Shown: positions 10,479-20,587 of the stretch, piece after piece
Position numbering within the stretch: position 1 is the stretch's first letter
Layout: each line of letters begins with the position of its first letter
Source of the DNA: Parabacteroides sp.
GTDB lineage: Bacteria; Bacteroidota; Bacteroidia; Bacteroidales; Tannerellaceae
Direction of reading: 5' to 3'
Assembly (NCBI GenBank): GCA_019417325.1
Contig: DXVO01000026.1
Coordinates: forward strand, 11,826-75,825
Length of the DNA: 64,000 nt
Position numbers and translations under genes: made by a program
The notes under the pieces: generated by a model
The model's input: the letters and a program-made list of their open reading frames with translations, nothing else
What the model was told of the DNA's origin: nothing
Databases searched by the model: none

Positions 10479-11353
10479 TTTTTACTGGCATCAAATAATT
10501 TTTTCTTTTCATCCGCAGATAAACTCTCATAGCCGGACCGTTTCAATTTGTCCAGTATTGCATCGATATCCACATTTGCCTGATGCTTGCGGGCATTATA
10601 TTCATAATCGGTTTCCGGACGTTTATAAGTAACACGCATCTTAGGTTTTCTTTTCCCTAAATTTACCACCCAGTCTATTATCCGGTTCATCGGTGCTGTC
10701 AAATCTTTTCCTTCTTTGATACGCATGGCAAACCATATACCAAACAAAGCACCTCCAATATGTGCAATATGCCCGCCGGCATTCTCCGAAGTAATAGCCA
10801 ATAAATCTATCACAAAAGTGAACAACGCCAGATAAATCAATTTAACTCTGCCTATCAAGAAAAGCAGTATCTCCTGATCCTTCCGGTAAAAAGAAACGGC
10901 AAAAACAACTGCCATCACAGAAGCAGAAGCTCCCATCAGATAACTATTGGCAGCCACACTACTAAAATACGGGAATATGTTATAAGATAAAATAAACAGT
11001 AATCCACCGGCTATCCCCCCCAATACATATAAACCTCCCAACTGCCGCTCGCTGAAATAAGAGAGAAACAGCCCTCCGAACCAATACAACCAAAGCATAT
11101 TAAATAAGATATGCAGAAAATCATAATGGGTAAACATGTAAGTAATAATTGTCCAGGGATGATACAGCAACTCTTCCGGAGAAGAAGGCATTTGCAAATA
11201 TTGCAAATAAGGGAACCAACTCAGATTAAACAACTTCAGGATTACTGCAGCAAGCCTGATAAGAATAAATAGCCCTACATTTATATATATAAGTTTCGCC
11301 AGAATATTTCCCGAACGAAACATCTGTTTCATGTTAATAAAAATATCTCCCAT
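10475..11353 (-). CDS. Rhomboid intramembrane serine protease with soluble C-terminal tail
   Basis: HILFNM, GASAS and AHIGG motifs. Confidence 0.92.
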   Translation of the reverse strand: MGDIFINMKQMFRSGNILAKLIYINVGLFILIRLAAVILKLFNLSWFPYLQYLQMPSSPEELLYHPWTIITYMFTHYDFLHILFNMLWLYWFGGLFLSYFSERQLGGLYVLGGIAGGLLFILSYNIFPYFSSVAANSYLMGASASVMAVVFAVSFYRKDQEILLFLIGRVKLIYLALFTFVIDLLAITSENAGGHIAHIGGALFGIWFAMRIKEGKDLTAPMNRIIDWVVNLGKRKPKMRVTYKRPETDYEYNARKHQANVDIDAILDKLKRSGYESLSADEKKKLFDASKK

Positions 11354-12044
11354 TGTTTGAGTCTTTCTTTTTCCAATACCGAACTAAGAAATAACCGAAT
11401 ATCATACCACCCAAGTGAGCGAAATGCGCAACCGAGTCGCCGCTATAATTGGCAACCCCCATAAATAATTCGGCTAATCCGTAAAATACAACAAAATATT
11501 TAGCTTTAATAGGAATCGGTATAAACATCAAATAAAGCGGTACATTCGGGAATAGCATGGCAAATGCCAACAAAATGCCGAATACGGAACCGGATGCCCC
11601 AATTGTTATCAGATAGTTCAAAGAAGGATCATTGGCAATGAGCTGTCCCAATGTGACACCGTTGGCACTGGCGAAAGAATGAACCGAATAAAGCCATACC
11701 AGCTCCTGAGTGATACCGGCACCAATACCAGTAATTAAATAGAAAGTAAGAAAACGCTTTGGTCCCCAGACATTTTCCAGTACCCGTCCGAACATATATA
11801 CCCCGAACATATTGAAGAATACATGCGTAAAGGAATGGGTATCATGCATAAACATATAAGTAATCAACTGGAACGGGTAAAAATCTTTTGCCCCCGGAAA
11901 ATGCAATCCCAGCAATTGAACCAAATCGATGCCCACTTTAGGCAGAACCAGGCTTGCCAGCCAAAATAAAAGATTAATAATGATAAGGTTTTTCGTAACC
12001 ATCGGGATACTGTTCAAAAATCCCGAATTATTTTGATTCATCAT
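11334..12044 (-). CDS. Rhomboid intramembrane serine protease
   Basis: HVFFNM, GASG and AHLGG motifs. Confidence 0.93.
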   Translation of the reverse strand: MMNQNNSGFLNSIPMVTKNLIIINLLFWLASLVLPKVGIDLVQLLGLHFPGAKDFYPFQLITYMFMHDTHSFTHVFFNMFGVYMFGRVLENVWGPKRFLTFYLITGIGAGITQELVWLYSVHSFASANGVTLGQLIANDPSLNYLITIGASGSVFGILLAFAMLFPNVPLYLMFIPIPIKAKYFVVFYGLAELFMGVANYSGDSVAHFAHLGGMIFGYFLVRYWKKKDSNNGRYFY

Positions 12045-12144
12045 ATGTCTTACTAATTTAAGTACAAAGGTATATATATTTTGGAAGTTTCCTGTAAAAT
12101 CATCATTAAAACATAGTAAATCAAGAAAAAAAACAGATTTTTCC

Positions 12145-12175
12145 TTTGTTGTATATCAAATAAAAACTACATTTG
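12145..12175 (+). promoter_or_regulatory. Canonical Bacteroidetes promoter of the HU gene
   Basis: TTTG-19 nt-TACATTTG. Confidence 0.7.
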
Positions 12176-12231
12176 GCACCAATAATCAGACTATCACTAA
12201 AATTGTTTAATATATTAACTAACAAACCATC

Positions 12232-12504
12232 ATGAACAAAACAGAATTTATTAATGCCGTATCAGAAAAGGCCGGTTTAAGTAAAGTTGATGCAAAAAAA
12301 GCAGTAGAAGCATTCGTTGAAACAGTTGGCGAAGAAATGAAAGCTGGCGGTAAAGTAGCACTATTAGGTTTTGGTACTTTTTCTGTAACAGAAAAAGCTG
12401 CTCGCAAAGGTGTTAACCCAAAAACTAAAGCTACCATTGAAATCCCTGCTCGCAAAGCTGTTAAATTCAAACCGGGAGCTGAATTAGCAGAAATCGTTAA
12501 GTAA
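12232..12504 (+). CDS. hup: DNA-binding protein HU
   Basis: MNKTEFI...GFGTF...RKGVNPKT...PARKAVKFKPG. Confidence 0.96.
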   Translation: MNKTEFINAVSEKAGLSKVDAKKAVEAFVETVGEEMKAGGKVALLGFGTFSVTEKAARKGVNPKTKATIEIPARKAVKFKPGAELAEIVK

Positions 12505-12520
12505 AAACCGTTTACTTACC

Positions 12521-12563
12521 CAATAAAAAAGGCGTCTTGAGTTACAAGGTGCCTTTTTTATTG
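12521..12563 (+). terminator. Intrinsic terminator after hup
   Basis: A6-GGCGTCTTG-AGTTA-CAAGGTGCC-T6. Confidence 0.85.
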
Positions 12564-12580
12564 CGTAAGAATGACATTAT

Positions 12581-12646
12581 CAATTCATAGTTATGATTTT
12601 TCCAATTCATAACTATGATTTTATAAAACCATAACTATGAGTTCTT
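12581..12646. repeat. Three 22-bp-period units with core TCATA-NN-TATGA upstream of argS
   Basis: Units start at 12581, 12603 and 12625. Confidence 0.8.
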
Positions 12647-12730
12647 CTATACAAAACGATTTTATGGTTTTTACAAAATAAACGCGTACCTTTGCGTCCA
12701 AAATAAAAATCCGTATATAGTATTACAGAT

Positions 12731-14524
12731 ATGGTTATTGAACAACAGATTACCGGTGCAATCATTGCCGGAATTAAAGAATTGTATGGGGCAGATGTTA
12801 CTGCCAACCAAATACAGTTGCAAAAGACAAAGAAAGAATTTAAAGGTCACCTCACTCTGGTAGTTTTTCCATTCCTTCGCATGTCCAAAAAATCTCCGGA
12901 ACAGACTGCACAGGAAATCGGAGAATATCTGCAAAAAAATGAACCGGCGATTGCTTCATTCAACGTAATCAAAGGGTTCCTGAATCTGACAATCGATTGC
13001 TCTTGCTGGATCGACCTGCTGAACCATATAAACGGGCAGCCTACATACGGTATTGTTCCCGTAACGGAACAATCACCTCTGGTTATGATTGAGTATTCTT
13101 CCCCGAATACAAACAAGCCTCTACACTTAGGTCATGTCCGTAATAATCTGCTTGGTTTCAGCTTATCAGAAATTATGAAAGCAAACGGAAACAAAGTTGT
13201 CAAAACCAACATTGTAAACGACCGTGGTATCCATATCTGCAAATCCATGCTGGCATGGCAAAAATGGGGAAACGGGGTAACTCCTGAAACTTCAGGCAAA
13301 AAAGGCGACCACCTGATTGGTGATTTCTACGTTTTATTCAGCAACAAGCTGAAAGAAGAAACTACCGCTCTTGAAGCACAGGGCATGACAAAAGAAGAAG
13401 CTGAAGCAGCCTCGCCTTTAATGGCAGAGGCACGCGAAATGCTACGTAAATGGGAAGCCGGAGACACTGAAGTACGCGCCCTTTGGGAAATGATGAACAA
13501 CTGGGTATACGCCGGCTTTGACGAAACCTATAAAAAGATGGGGGTTGATTTCGATAAGATTTATTACGAATCACAAACTTATCTGGAAGGTAAAGGAAAA
13601 GTGCTGGAAGGACTGGATAAAGATATCTTCTATCGCCGTGAAGACGGTTCTGTCTGGGCCGACCTGACAGGAGACGGACTGGATGAAAAACTGTTACTCC
13701 GTGCAGATGGTACTTCCGTTTATATGACACAGGATATAGGTACGGCAAAATTACGTTTTGACGACTATCCTATCAATAAAATGATTTATGTAGTTGGAAA
13801 TGAGCAGAACTACCATTTCCAGGTATTATCAATTCTATTGGATAAATTAGGTTTTGAGTTCGGAAAAGGATTAGTCCATTTCTCTTATGGCATGGTAGAA
13901 CTTCCGGAAGGAAAAATGAAAAGTCGTGAAGGAACAGTTGTCGATGCAGACGACCTGATGGAAGAAATGGTTAATACTGCGCGTGAAATCTCACAAGAAC
14001 TGGGAAAACTGGATGAGATGACACAGGAAGAGGCTGAAAATATCGCTCGAATCGTTGGATTAGGCTCTCTGAAATATTTTATTCTAAAAGTAGATCCCCG
14101 CAAAAACATGACTTTCAATCCGAAAGAGTCTATCGACTTCAACGGAAACACAGGTCCTTTCATCCAATATACCTATGCCCGTATCCGTTCTGTACTACGC
14201 AAAGCAGCAGAACAGGGTATCGTACTTCCGGAACAGTTGCCGACAACTACCGAAATCTCAGAGAAAGAAGAATCTTTAATTCAGATGATTGCAGATTATG
14301 CATCTATCGTGCGTGAGGCAGGAAAAGAATACAGCCCGGCTTACATAGCTAACTATATTTATGATTTGGTAAAAGAATACAACCAATTCTACCACGATTT
14401 TTCTATTCTGCGTGAAGAGAATGAAGAGTTAAAAAAATTCCGCCTTATTTTATCTGCGAATGTGGCAAAGATTGTTAAGTCCGGTATGTCACTTCTGGGC
14501 ATTGAAGTTCCGGAAAGGATGTAA
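12731..14524 (+). CDS. argS: Arginine--tRNA ligase
   Basis: EYSSPNTNKPLHLGH, KMKSREG and GNTGPFIQYTYARI motifs. Confidence 0.98.
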   Translation: MVIEQQITGAIIAGIKELYGADVTANQIQLQKTKKEFKGHLTLVVFPFLRMSKKSPEQTAQEIGEYLQKNEPAIASFNVIKGFLNLTIDCSCWIDLLNHINGQPTYGIVPVTEQSPLVMIEYSSPNTNKPLHLGHVRNNLLGFSLSEIMKANGNKVVKTNIVNDRGIHICKSMLAWQKWGNGVTPETSGKKGDHLIGDFYVLFSNKLKEETTALEAQGMTKEEAEAASPLMAEAREMLRKWEAGDTEVRALWEMMNNWVYAGFDETYKKMGVDFDKIYYESQTYLEGKGKVLEGLDKDIFYRREDGSVWADLTGDGLDEKLLLRADGTSVYMTQDIGTAKLRFDDYPINKMIYVVGNEQNYHFQVLSILLDKLGFEFGKGLVHFSYGMVELPEGKMKSREGTVVDADDLMEEMVNTAREISQELGKLDEMTQEEAENIARIVGLGSLKYFILKVDPRKNMTFNPKESIDFNGNTGPFIQYTYARIRSVLRKAAEQGIVLPEQLPTTTEISEKEESLIQMIADYASIVREAGKEYSPAYIANYIYDLVKEYNQFYHDFSILREENEELKKFRLILSANVAKIVKSGMSLLGIEVPERM

Positions 14525-14566
14525 CGAAAAATTATTCCATAACAAATAGAAAACCATACACATTAC

Positions 14567-14616
14567 AGGCTCTCCTTCGATTTCAGAAATATGAAATTAC
14601 GGAGAGCCTTACTTTT
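14567..14616 (+). terminator. Probable terminator after argS
   Basis: AGGCTCTCC...GGAGAGCCT followed by a T-rich tract. Confidence 0.6.
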
Positions 14617-14675
14617 TAGTATTTACCTCAAGAAAATAAAGGACTCACTTATAATCCTGTAACCGGCATTCTTAG

Positions 14676-14683
14676 TATATTTG
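14676..14683 (+). promoter_or_regulatory. -7 element of the ABC transporter gene, enclosed by a 10-bp inverted repeat
   Basis: TATATTTG between AATCCTGTAA (14653-14662) and TTACAGGATT (14693-14702). Confidence 0.6.
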
Positions 14684-14709
14684 CAACATAATTTACAGGA
14701 TTCCGAAAA

Positions 14710-17622
14710 ATGAATGAAACCATATTAAACGGTTTATTAAATTTGTTTGCCATTTTCGCTTCCGTTGTCCGGATAGAAGAAAAACAGGCAAGCCGTGCTG
14801 TCCATTCCTACCTTTCCAGTCATTTTGGTGTTCGTTCCCACAAAGAATATATTGAACTATATACAGAACTGCGGAGTATGTATGACGATTCCCTCTTTCC
14901 CATCAACAAGGAAGACGTAATCCGAAATATATGCGATCAAATGAAAATCAAGCTAAGAGCAGAAGAGCAATTGCTTCTATTAATCCGTTTTGTCGAGTTT
15001 GCCCATACAAACAGTGATGAATTTAAGAACCATTTGAATCTGTTTCATCTCGTAGCCGATATTTTTTCTATCCGCCAAGAGGAGTTTGACGAAACAATGG
15101 ATTTCGTTACGGGAACTTCTTCCTCATCTTCTATACTCACAATCAGTGAAGAAGATAATATTACGGAAAATCATATCATACGTAAAGGCATGGAAGGCTC
15201 TATCCGTGTCTGGTATATCCGCCGATTCGACAAATTGATTTTCACTTATCATGGCAACGGACTCGTATTCATGAACGACATTCCGCTTTCTTCGGATATG
15301 TTCTATGCCTGGCAGCGAAGCAGTGTATTAAAAGGACCTCTTTTCCTACCTGTTTACTACAGTGATTTACTCTCCGTCTTTTATAAAAAAGAAGAGAAAG
15401 AAACGATTGGACTTTCCGGCAGGAATCTCGATTTCACTTTCAAAAACAGCCACAATGGGCTTCATAACTTTTCTTTCAATCTGGAATCTGGACAACTGGT
15501 TGCTATTATGGGAGGTAGCGGAGTCGGAAAATCAACTCTTTTAGGCATCTTAAACGGAACAATTCTTCCTGATAAAGGAAGTTTAACTATAAACGGACAT
15601 CCGCTTAACTCGCCTGAAGCACGCCAACTAATCGGCTTTGTGCCTCAAGACGATTTACTGATAGAAGAACTTACCGTATATCAGAATTTATGGTTTACAG
15701 CACGGCTTTGCTTTGCCAATCTCTCAAAACAGGAAATTGACCAACGTGTAGAAACCGTGCTTTGCGAACTGGATTTAGAAGAAATAAAAGACTTGGAAGT
15801 GGGCTCACCTATCCGCAAAACAATTAGTGGCGGACAGAGAAAGCGTCTGAACATTGCCCAGGAACTTATTCGCGAACCGGCAATTCTTTATCTTGACGAA
15901 CCGACATCCGGATTATCTTCTACGGATTCGGAAAAAGTTATTATGTTGCTGAAAGAACAGACTCACCGGGGGAAGCTGGTTATTGTGAATATCCACCAGC
16001 CCTCTTCCGAAATTTATAAATTATTCGACAGACTCTGGTTACTGGACCGTGGAGGTTATCCTATTTATGATGGTAATCCTATAGAAGCGATTACCTACTT
16101 TAAACATGCGGCCAAATATACCGACGAAGATATAAGCGTTTGCAGTACATGCGGAAATGTAAACCCGGAACTTATACTGAATATCATCGACTCGAAAAAA
16201 ATCGATGATTCGGGAAATCTGACTAATATCCGCAAATTCACTCCGGAAGAATGGCATGAGAAATATATTTCATCCCGTCCGGACTACCGGTTGACCATAG
16301 AAAAAGAGCTTCCCGAAAATAATCAAAAGAAACCGTCGTGGTTAAAACAATTTTTTATTTTCCTGGAACGGAATGTCCGGACTAAACTAGTTAACCGGCA
16401 ATATCTGTTGATTGTCCTTTTGGAAGCACCTTTGCTTGCCTTGATTGTTGCACTTCTTACTCGCTTTACCGACGATGGAGGATATACTTTATTGGGAAAT
16501 AAAAATTTTGTTTCTTACATTTTTATGTCCGTGATTGTTGCCACATTCATGGGACTTAGTATCAGTGCCGAAGAAATTATAAAAGACAGGACTATACTGA
16601 AAAGGGAGAAATTCCTCCGGTTAAGCAGAAGCAGTTACCTTACTTCCAAGATTATTTATCTTTTCGCTATCTCCGGTATCCAAACACTACTGTTTATTGC
16701 AGTTGGTAATTCTATTATACAGGTTGGCGCCGGAATGTTCTTTATCTGGTGGAGTGTTTTATGGGCTATTTCATTTTTAGCCAATCTTACAGGACTGATT
16801 TTATCTCAATCCATGAATTCCGTAGTTGCCATTTATATAACAATCCCTCTATTATTAATTCCACAGATCCTTTTGTGTGGATTAGTTATCAAATTTGATG
16901 ACTTAAACACCAAGGCTGCCGACGAAAATATCGTGCCACTTATCGGTGAAGTGATTCCATCACGTTGGGCTTTTGAAGCGCTAATGGTCGAACAATTCAG
17001 GGACAATGAATATAATAAGATATTCTTCCTTATGGACAAGGAAAAATATCTGGCACAATATTATGAAAATGTCCATGCCCCGGAAGTCCGCCATTTGGCT
17101 GAAGAATTACAGACTAAAGAGAATCAAGACATACAGAAAACGGTAGAAAATGAACTTGCCATCTTAAGTCGCGCTGCCCGCATTACACCCAAAAAAGAAG
17201 AGGAATCCAATCTCGCCTACTTGGATAAAGTAGACAAAGCTTTACACACCCGGGCACGTAATTTTACAGCACTATCGGAACAAACAGTCGAAAAACTTGA
17301 GAATGAGCACGGCAAAGAATGGCTTGTTAATTTAAAGAAAAATAATCATAATTCCGCAATCGAGGACCTTGTGATGGGTACAGGCAACTCACATCTGTTT
17401 AAAGAAGCCAATCATCGTATTTACCCAGCAATTGGACAGATTTATGTAAAACCAGACAATCAATGGGGAAGAGCCGCTTTCTACAGCCATGAAAAAAATA
17501 TAGGAGGAATCTATCTTTCTACCTATATATTTAATTTATTGGTTATCGGATTCTTTGCATTATTAGCGATTATCGCTATATTCGCAGAGTTTCCGGGACG
17601 TATCCTCAAAAGAGACGAATAA
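14710..17622 (+). CDS. ABCG/White-like half ABC transporter (N-terminal TerB-like extension, NBD, ABC-2 membrane domain)
   Basis: GGSGVGKS, VPQDD, ISGGQRKR, LDEPTSGL and IHQPS motifs; NBD precedes about 6 TMs; about 230-aa N-terminal extension (TerB-like call is tentative). Confidence 0.85.
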   Translation: MNETILNGLLNLFAIFASVVRIEEKQASRAVHSYLSSHFGVRSHKEYIELYTELRSMYDDSLFPINKEDVIRNICDQMKIKLRAEEQLLLLIRFVEFAHTNSDEFKNHLNLFHLVADIFSIRQEEFDETMDFVTGTSSSSSILTISEEDNITENHIIRKGMEGSIRVWYIRRFDKLIFTYHGNGLVFMNDIPLSSDMFYAWQRSSVLKGPLFLPVYYSDLLSVFYKKEEKETIGLSGRNLDFTFKNSHNGLHNFSFNLESGQLVAIMGGSGVGKSTLLGILNGTILPDKGSLTINGHPLNSPEARQLIGFVPQDDLLIEELTVYQNLWFTARLCFANLSKQEIDQRVETVLCELDLEEIKDLEVGSPIRKTISGGQRKRLNIAQELIREPAILYLDEPTSGLSSTDSEKVIMLLKEQTHRGKLVIVNIHQPSSEIYKLFDRLWLLDRGGYPIYDGNPIEAITYFKHAAKYTDEDISVCSTCGNVNPELILNIIDSKKIDDSGNLTNIRKFTPEEWHEKYISSRPDYRLTIEKELPENNQKKPSWLKQFFIFLERNVRTKLVNRQYLLIVLLEAPLLALIVALLTRFTDDGGYTLLGNKNFVSYIFMSVIVATFMGLSISAEEIIKDRTILKREKFLRLSRSSYLTSKIIYLFAISGIQTLLFIAVGNSIIQVGAGMFFIWWSVLWAISFLANLTGLILSQSMNSVVAIYITIPLLLIPQILLCGLVIKFDDLNTKAADENIVPLIGEVIPSRWAFEALMVEQFRDNEYNKIFFLMDKEKYLAQYYENVHAPEVRHLAEELQTKENQDIQKTVENELAILSRAARITPKKEEESNLAYLDKVDKALHTRARNFTALSEQTVEKLENEHGKEWLVNLKKNNHNSAIEDLVMGTGNSHLFKEANHRIYPAIGQIYVKPDNQWGRAAFYSHEKNIGGIYLSTYIFNLLVIGFFALLAIIAIFAEFPGRILKRDE

Positions 17623-17659
17623 AAAATAAGAAAGAATATAAATTATTAAATTATATATT

Positions 17660-18490
17660 ATGAAAAAGAGTGTATTAAGCATGCTCACTGTAGCAGCATT
17701 AGTGTTTGGTATGACTTCTTGTAACGGTACCAAAAAGGCAAATGATGAAGCCGAAAAAACAGAGGAGGCTGCCGTTATCGCAGGAAATGCGCCTAAAGAC
17801 TTATTGACAGAGGAATTGAAAACAGAAACAATCCAACTGTTAAAAGACATGCCGGATTCAGATGTTCCTTACCGGATTTCAACAGGTGACGTTACAATCA
17901 ACGTAGGAAGCATCAATTATATGTTGCCTGCTGCAAAAGTATCCGAACTGACAACAAAAGCACAACAGGCACGTGCCCTGGGTATGTATCTGTCTGATTG
18001 CAATATCCTGAAAGCAATGAAAAAACCGACAAGCGAAGTTGAAGGTGCAATCTCAAAACTGGCTACTGCCCTGAATGTTACTTTCGTTCTGGATATACTG
18101 AAAGAACAGGCTCCGAAAGATGCAAGCAAAGAAGATTTGCAGAAATTCATAAATGCACAGGAAGACAAAATTATCGACAGAATGGCAGCCGAAGACAAAA
18201 TGGATGTTGCTATCGAAATGCTGGGAGGTATGACTGCTGAAAATGCTTGTCTGTTAGCAAATCCTTCATTGGTAGTTAAAGGCGATGCCACATCTGCGGG
18301 TCTTTCTGATAATATGGCAAAACGTGTTGACATGTTAGGCGAAATCGTATCAGATCTTTCTGCTTACTATCCTGATTTGAAACAACTCAGTGAAACTATT
18401 GCTCCTCTGAAAGAAAAAACAGCTACAGTACAGGAAGCAAGAGCTGCTAATGCAGAAATCTTGGGTATCCGTGATACTTTGCTGAAATAA
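17660..18490 (+). CDS. Lipoprotein of unknown function
   Basis: Lipobox GMTS-C; helical-looking body; 37 bp downstream of the ABC gene on the same strand. Confidence 0.8.
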   Translation: MKKSVLSMLTVAALVFGMTSCNGTKKANDEAEKTEEAAVIAGNAPKDLLTEELKTETIQLLKDMPDSDVPYRISTGDVTINVGSINYMLPAAKVSELTTKAQQARALGMYLSDCNILKAMKKPTSEVEGAISKLATALNVTFVLDILKEQAPKDASKEDLQKFINAQEDKIIDRMAAEDKMDVAIEMLGGMTAENACLLANPSLVVKGDATSAGLSDNMAKRVDMLGEIVSDLSAYYPDLKQLSETIAPLKEKTATVQEARAANAEILGIRDTLLK

Positions 18491-18507
18491 GAAATAGTAA
18501 CCATACA

Positions 18508-18557
18508 ATAAAAAAAGCGCAGGTTTAGCATATAAGCAAAACCAGCGCTTTTTTTAT
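18508..18557. terminator. Bidirectional terminator between convergent operons
   Basis: A7-GCGC...GCGC-T7 hairpin. Confidence 0.85.
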
Positions 18558-18572
18558 GATTAAAATATTCTC

Positions 18573-19736
18573 TTATCCTTTGTAAGCAATAGACAGCATG
18601 GTTATATCGTCGGACTGCACAGCACCTATAACAAATTCGCCAACTGTTTCGGTTATTCGTTCAACTACTTCTTTCGGATTTTTCCCTGTCAGCTTTTTAC
18701 AATTATCCAGAAGACGTTGTCCTCCATAAAAATCATTCTTTATATTCACAGCTTCTGTGACTCCGTCCGTATAAAGGAACAAATTATCACCGGGTAAAAG
18801 CTTCAATTCTTTTTCATGATAAACAGTGTCACTAATAGCCCCCAGCACCATATCATCTGTCAAAGGCAATTCAGATACAACTCCGTCTTTCTTCAATAGA
18901 ATAGGCGCATTATGCCCTGCATTGCAATAAGTTACTATGCCTGTATGGATATTCAGTATTCCATAAAATACGGTAACAAACATATCGTTCACACTCTCCT
19001 GGCAAAGAAGCTGGTTTGAACGTTGCATGCACATTGCAGCAGAATTCTCTGTCAATGCAATTGCCCGTATTACAGTCCGGCTGATAGCCATAAAAATAGC
19101 GGCAGGCACTCCTTTCCCTGATACGTCTGCAATTACAAACCCTAACCTGTCATGATCGATACGGAAAAAATCATAGAAATCGCCACCTACATATTTGGCT
19201 GCATTCATATAAGCATAAACATCAAATGATTTCAGTTCCGGAAAAGGAGGGAAAGTCTTCGGTAAAATAGTTTGCTGTATTTCCTGGGCCACATGCAAAT
19301 CATTTTGTATTGATTCCAATTGGGAATGTTCCTGCTGTGCCTGTTTAATAAAAGCAATCTGTTCGGCCGCCTTCTCTATCGTCCGTTCCAAATCCTCCAG
19401 GTTGATAGGCTTTGTAGTAAAATCAAATGCGCCTTGATTCATGGCAGTACGGATATTTTCCATGTCGCCATAAGCCGAAACCATAATACATTTCAAGGCA
19501 GGATTACGCATCTCATTAATCCGGGTAAGCAGAGTTAGTCCATCCATTTCCGGCATATTGATATCACTCAGGATAACATCAAAATCCGGATTGGCAAGAA
19601 GCATTTGAAGCGCTTCCAAACCATTATGGGCAAATAAAAATTCATATTCCCCTTTTTTTATTTTACGGCGAAAATACTGGGTAAGCAATATTTCCAGGTC
19701 CTGTTCGTCGTCTACACTCAATATTTTTATTGCCAT
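18573..19736 (-). CDS. Receiver + PP2C/SpoIIE phosphatase (RsbU/RsbY-like)
   Basis: REC: VDDE, SDINMPEMDG, KP. PP2C: GGDFYD, ADVSGKG, YTDGVTE, DDIT. Confidence 0.93.
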   Translation of the reverse strand: MAIKILSVDDEQDLEILLTQYFRRKIKKGEYEFLFAHNGLEALQMLLANPDFDVILSDINMPEMDGLTLLTRINEMRNPALKCIMVSAYGDMENIRTAMNQGAFDFTTKPINLEDLERTIEKAAEQIAFIKQAQQEHSQLESIQNDLHVAQEIQQTILPKTFPPFPELKSFDVYAYMNAAKYVGGDFYDFFRIDHDRLGFVIADVSGKGVPAAIFMAISRTVIRAIALTENSAAMCMQRSNQLLCQESVNDMFVTVFYGILNIHTGIVTYCNAGHNAPILLKKDGVVSELPLTDDMVLGAISDTVYHEKELKLLPGDNLFLYTDGVTEAVNIKNDFYGGQRLLDNCKKLTGKNPKEVVERITETVGEFVIGAVQSDDITMLSIAYKG

Positions 19737-19756
19737 AGCATTTATTTTCGTTTTTA

Positions 19757-20587
19757 TTATTGAATAGGGATGATAATTGTAAAGCGAGTAAACTCGCCCG
19801 GAAGCGATTCCACCTCAACCTTCCCCCCATGCTTCTGTTCTATAATAGATTTGGTAATCGATAAACCGAGTCCGGTTCCTTCACCTATTGGCTTTGTTGT
19901 GAAAAATGGAGTAAAAAGTTTCTCTTTTACATCCTGAGTGATTCCCATTCCATTATCTTCAATAGAAAGAAGAATCTGATCCAGCTGCCGCTTCAAAGAA
20001 ATTTGAATTGTCGGTGTATAAGGAGTTTCCGATATCCCTTTAGCTTTACTGAACACTGCATAACAAGCGTTATTCATCAAATTCAAAACGGCACGACTAA
20101 AGTCCTGAGGTACAACTTTCACTAAGGGTAACCCAACTTCATAGTCTTCTCTGATTGTTACATTAAAACTCTTATTATTTGCACGAACAGCATGGTAAGA
20201 AAGCCATACATATTCTTTCGTTAATTGAGCCAAATCTGTAGGAATAAACTCATCATCTTTTCCCCGGGAATAAAGCAATATTCCCCGGACTATACTGGAT
20301 GCCCGATTTCCATTCTCCTCTATTTTAAACATATTCCCCTGCAAATCAGACATAATCTCACGAAGTTCCTCATCTGCCTCAGAGGATAGCTGACCATGCA
20401 ATTCATCCAGAATATCTTCCATATCCTGCAACAATTTACAGGATAATTTACTGAAATTAATCACAAAATTAAGCGGATTCTGGATTTCATGCGCAATACC
20501 GGCACTCAACAGTCCAAGTGAGGCCATTTTCTCTTGCTGGCTTGCCTGCTTTTTCAGGCGTTCTAATTCAGAATGTTCATCACTCAT
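19757..20587 (-). CDS. Soluble histidine kinase without an input domain
   Basis: H-box AGIAHEIQNPLN about 30 aa from the start; N, DNGMG, FFTTK and GTGLGL boxes. Confidence 0.92.
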   Translation of the reverse strand: MSDEHSELERLKKQASQQEKMASLGLLSAGIAHEIQNPLNFVINFSKLSCKLLQDMEDILDELHGQLSSEADEELREIMSDLQGNMFKIEENGNRASSIVRGILLYSRGKDDEFIPTDLAQLTKEYVWLSYHAVRANNKSFNVTIREDYEVGLPLVKVVPQDFSRAVLNLMNNACYAVFSKAKGISETPYTPTIQISLKRQLDQILLSIEDNGMGITQDVKEKLFTPFFTTKPIGEGTGLGLSITKSIIEQKHGGKVEVESLPGEFTRFTIIIPIQ

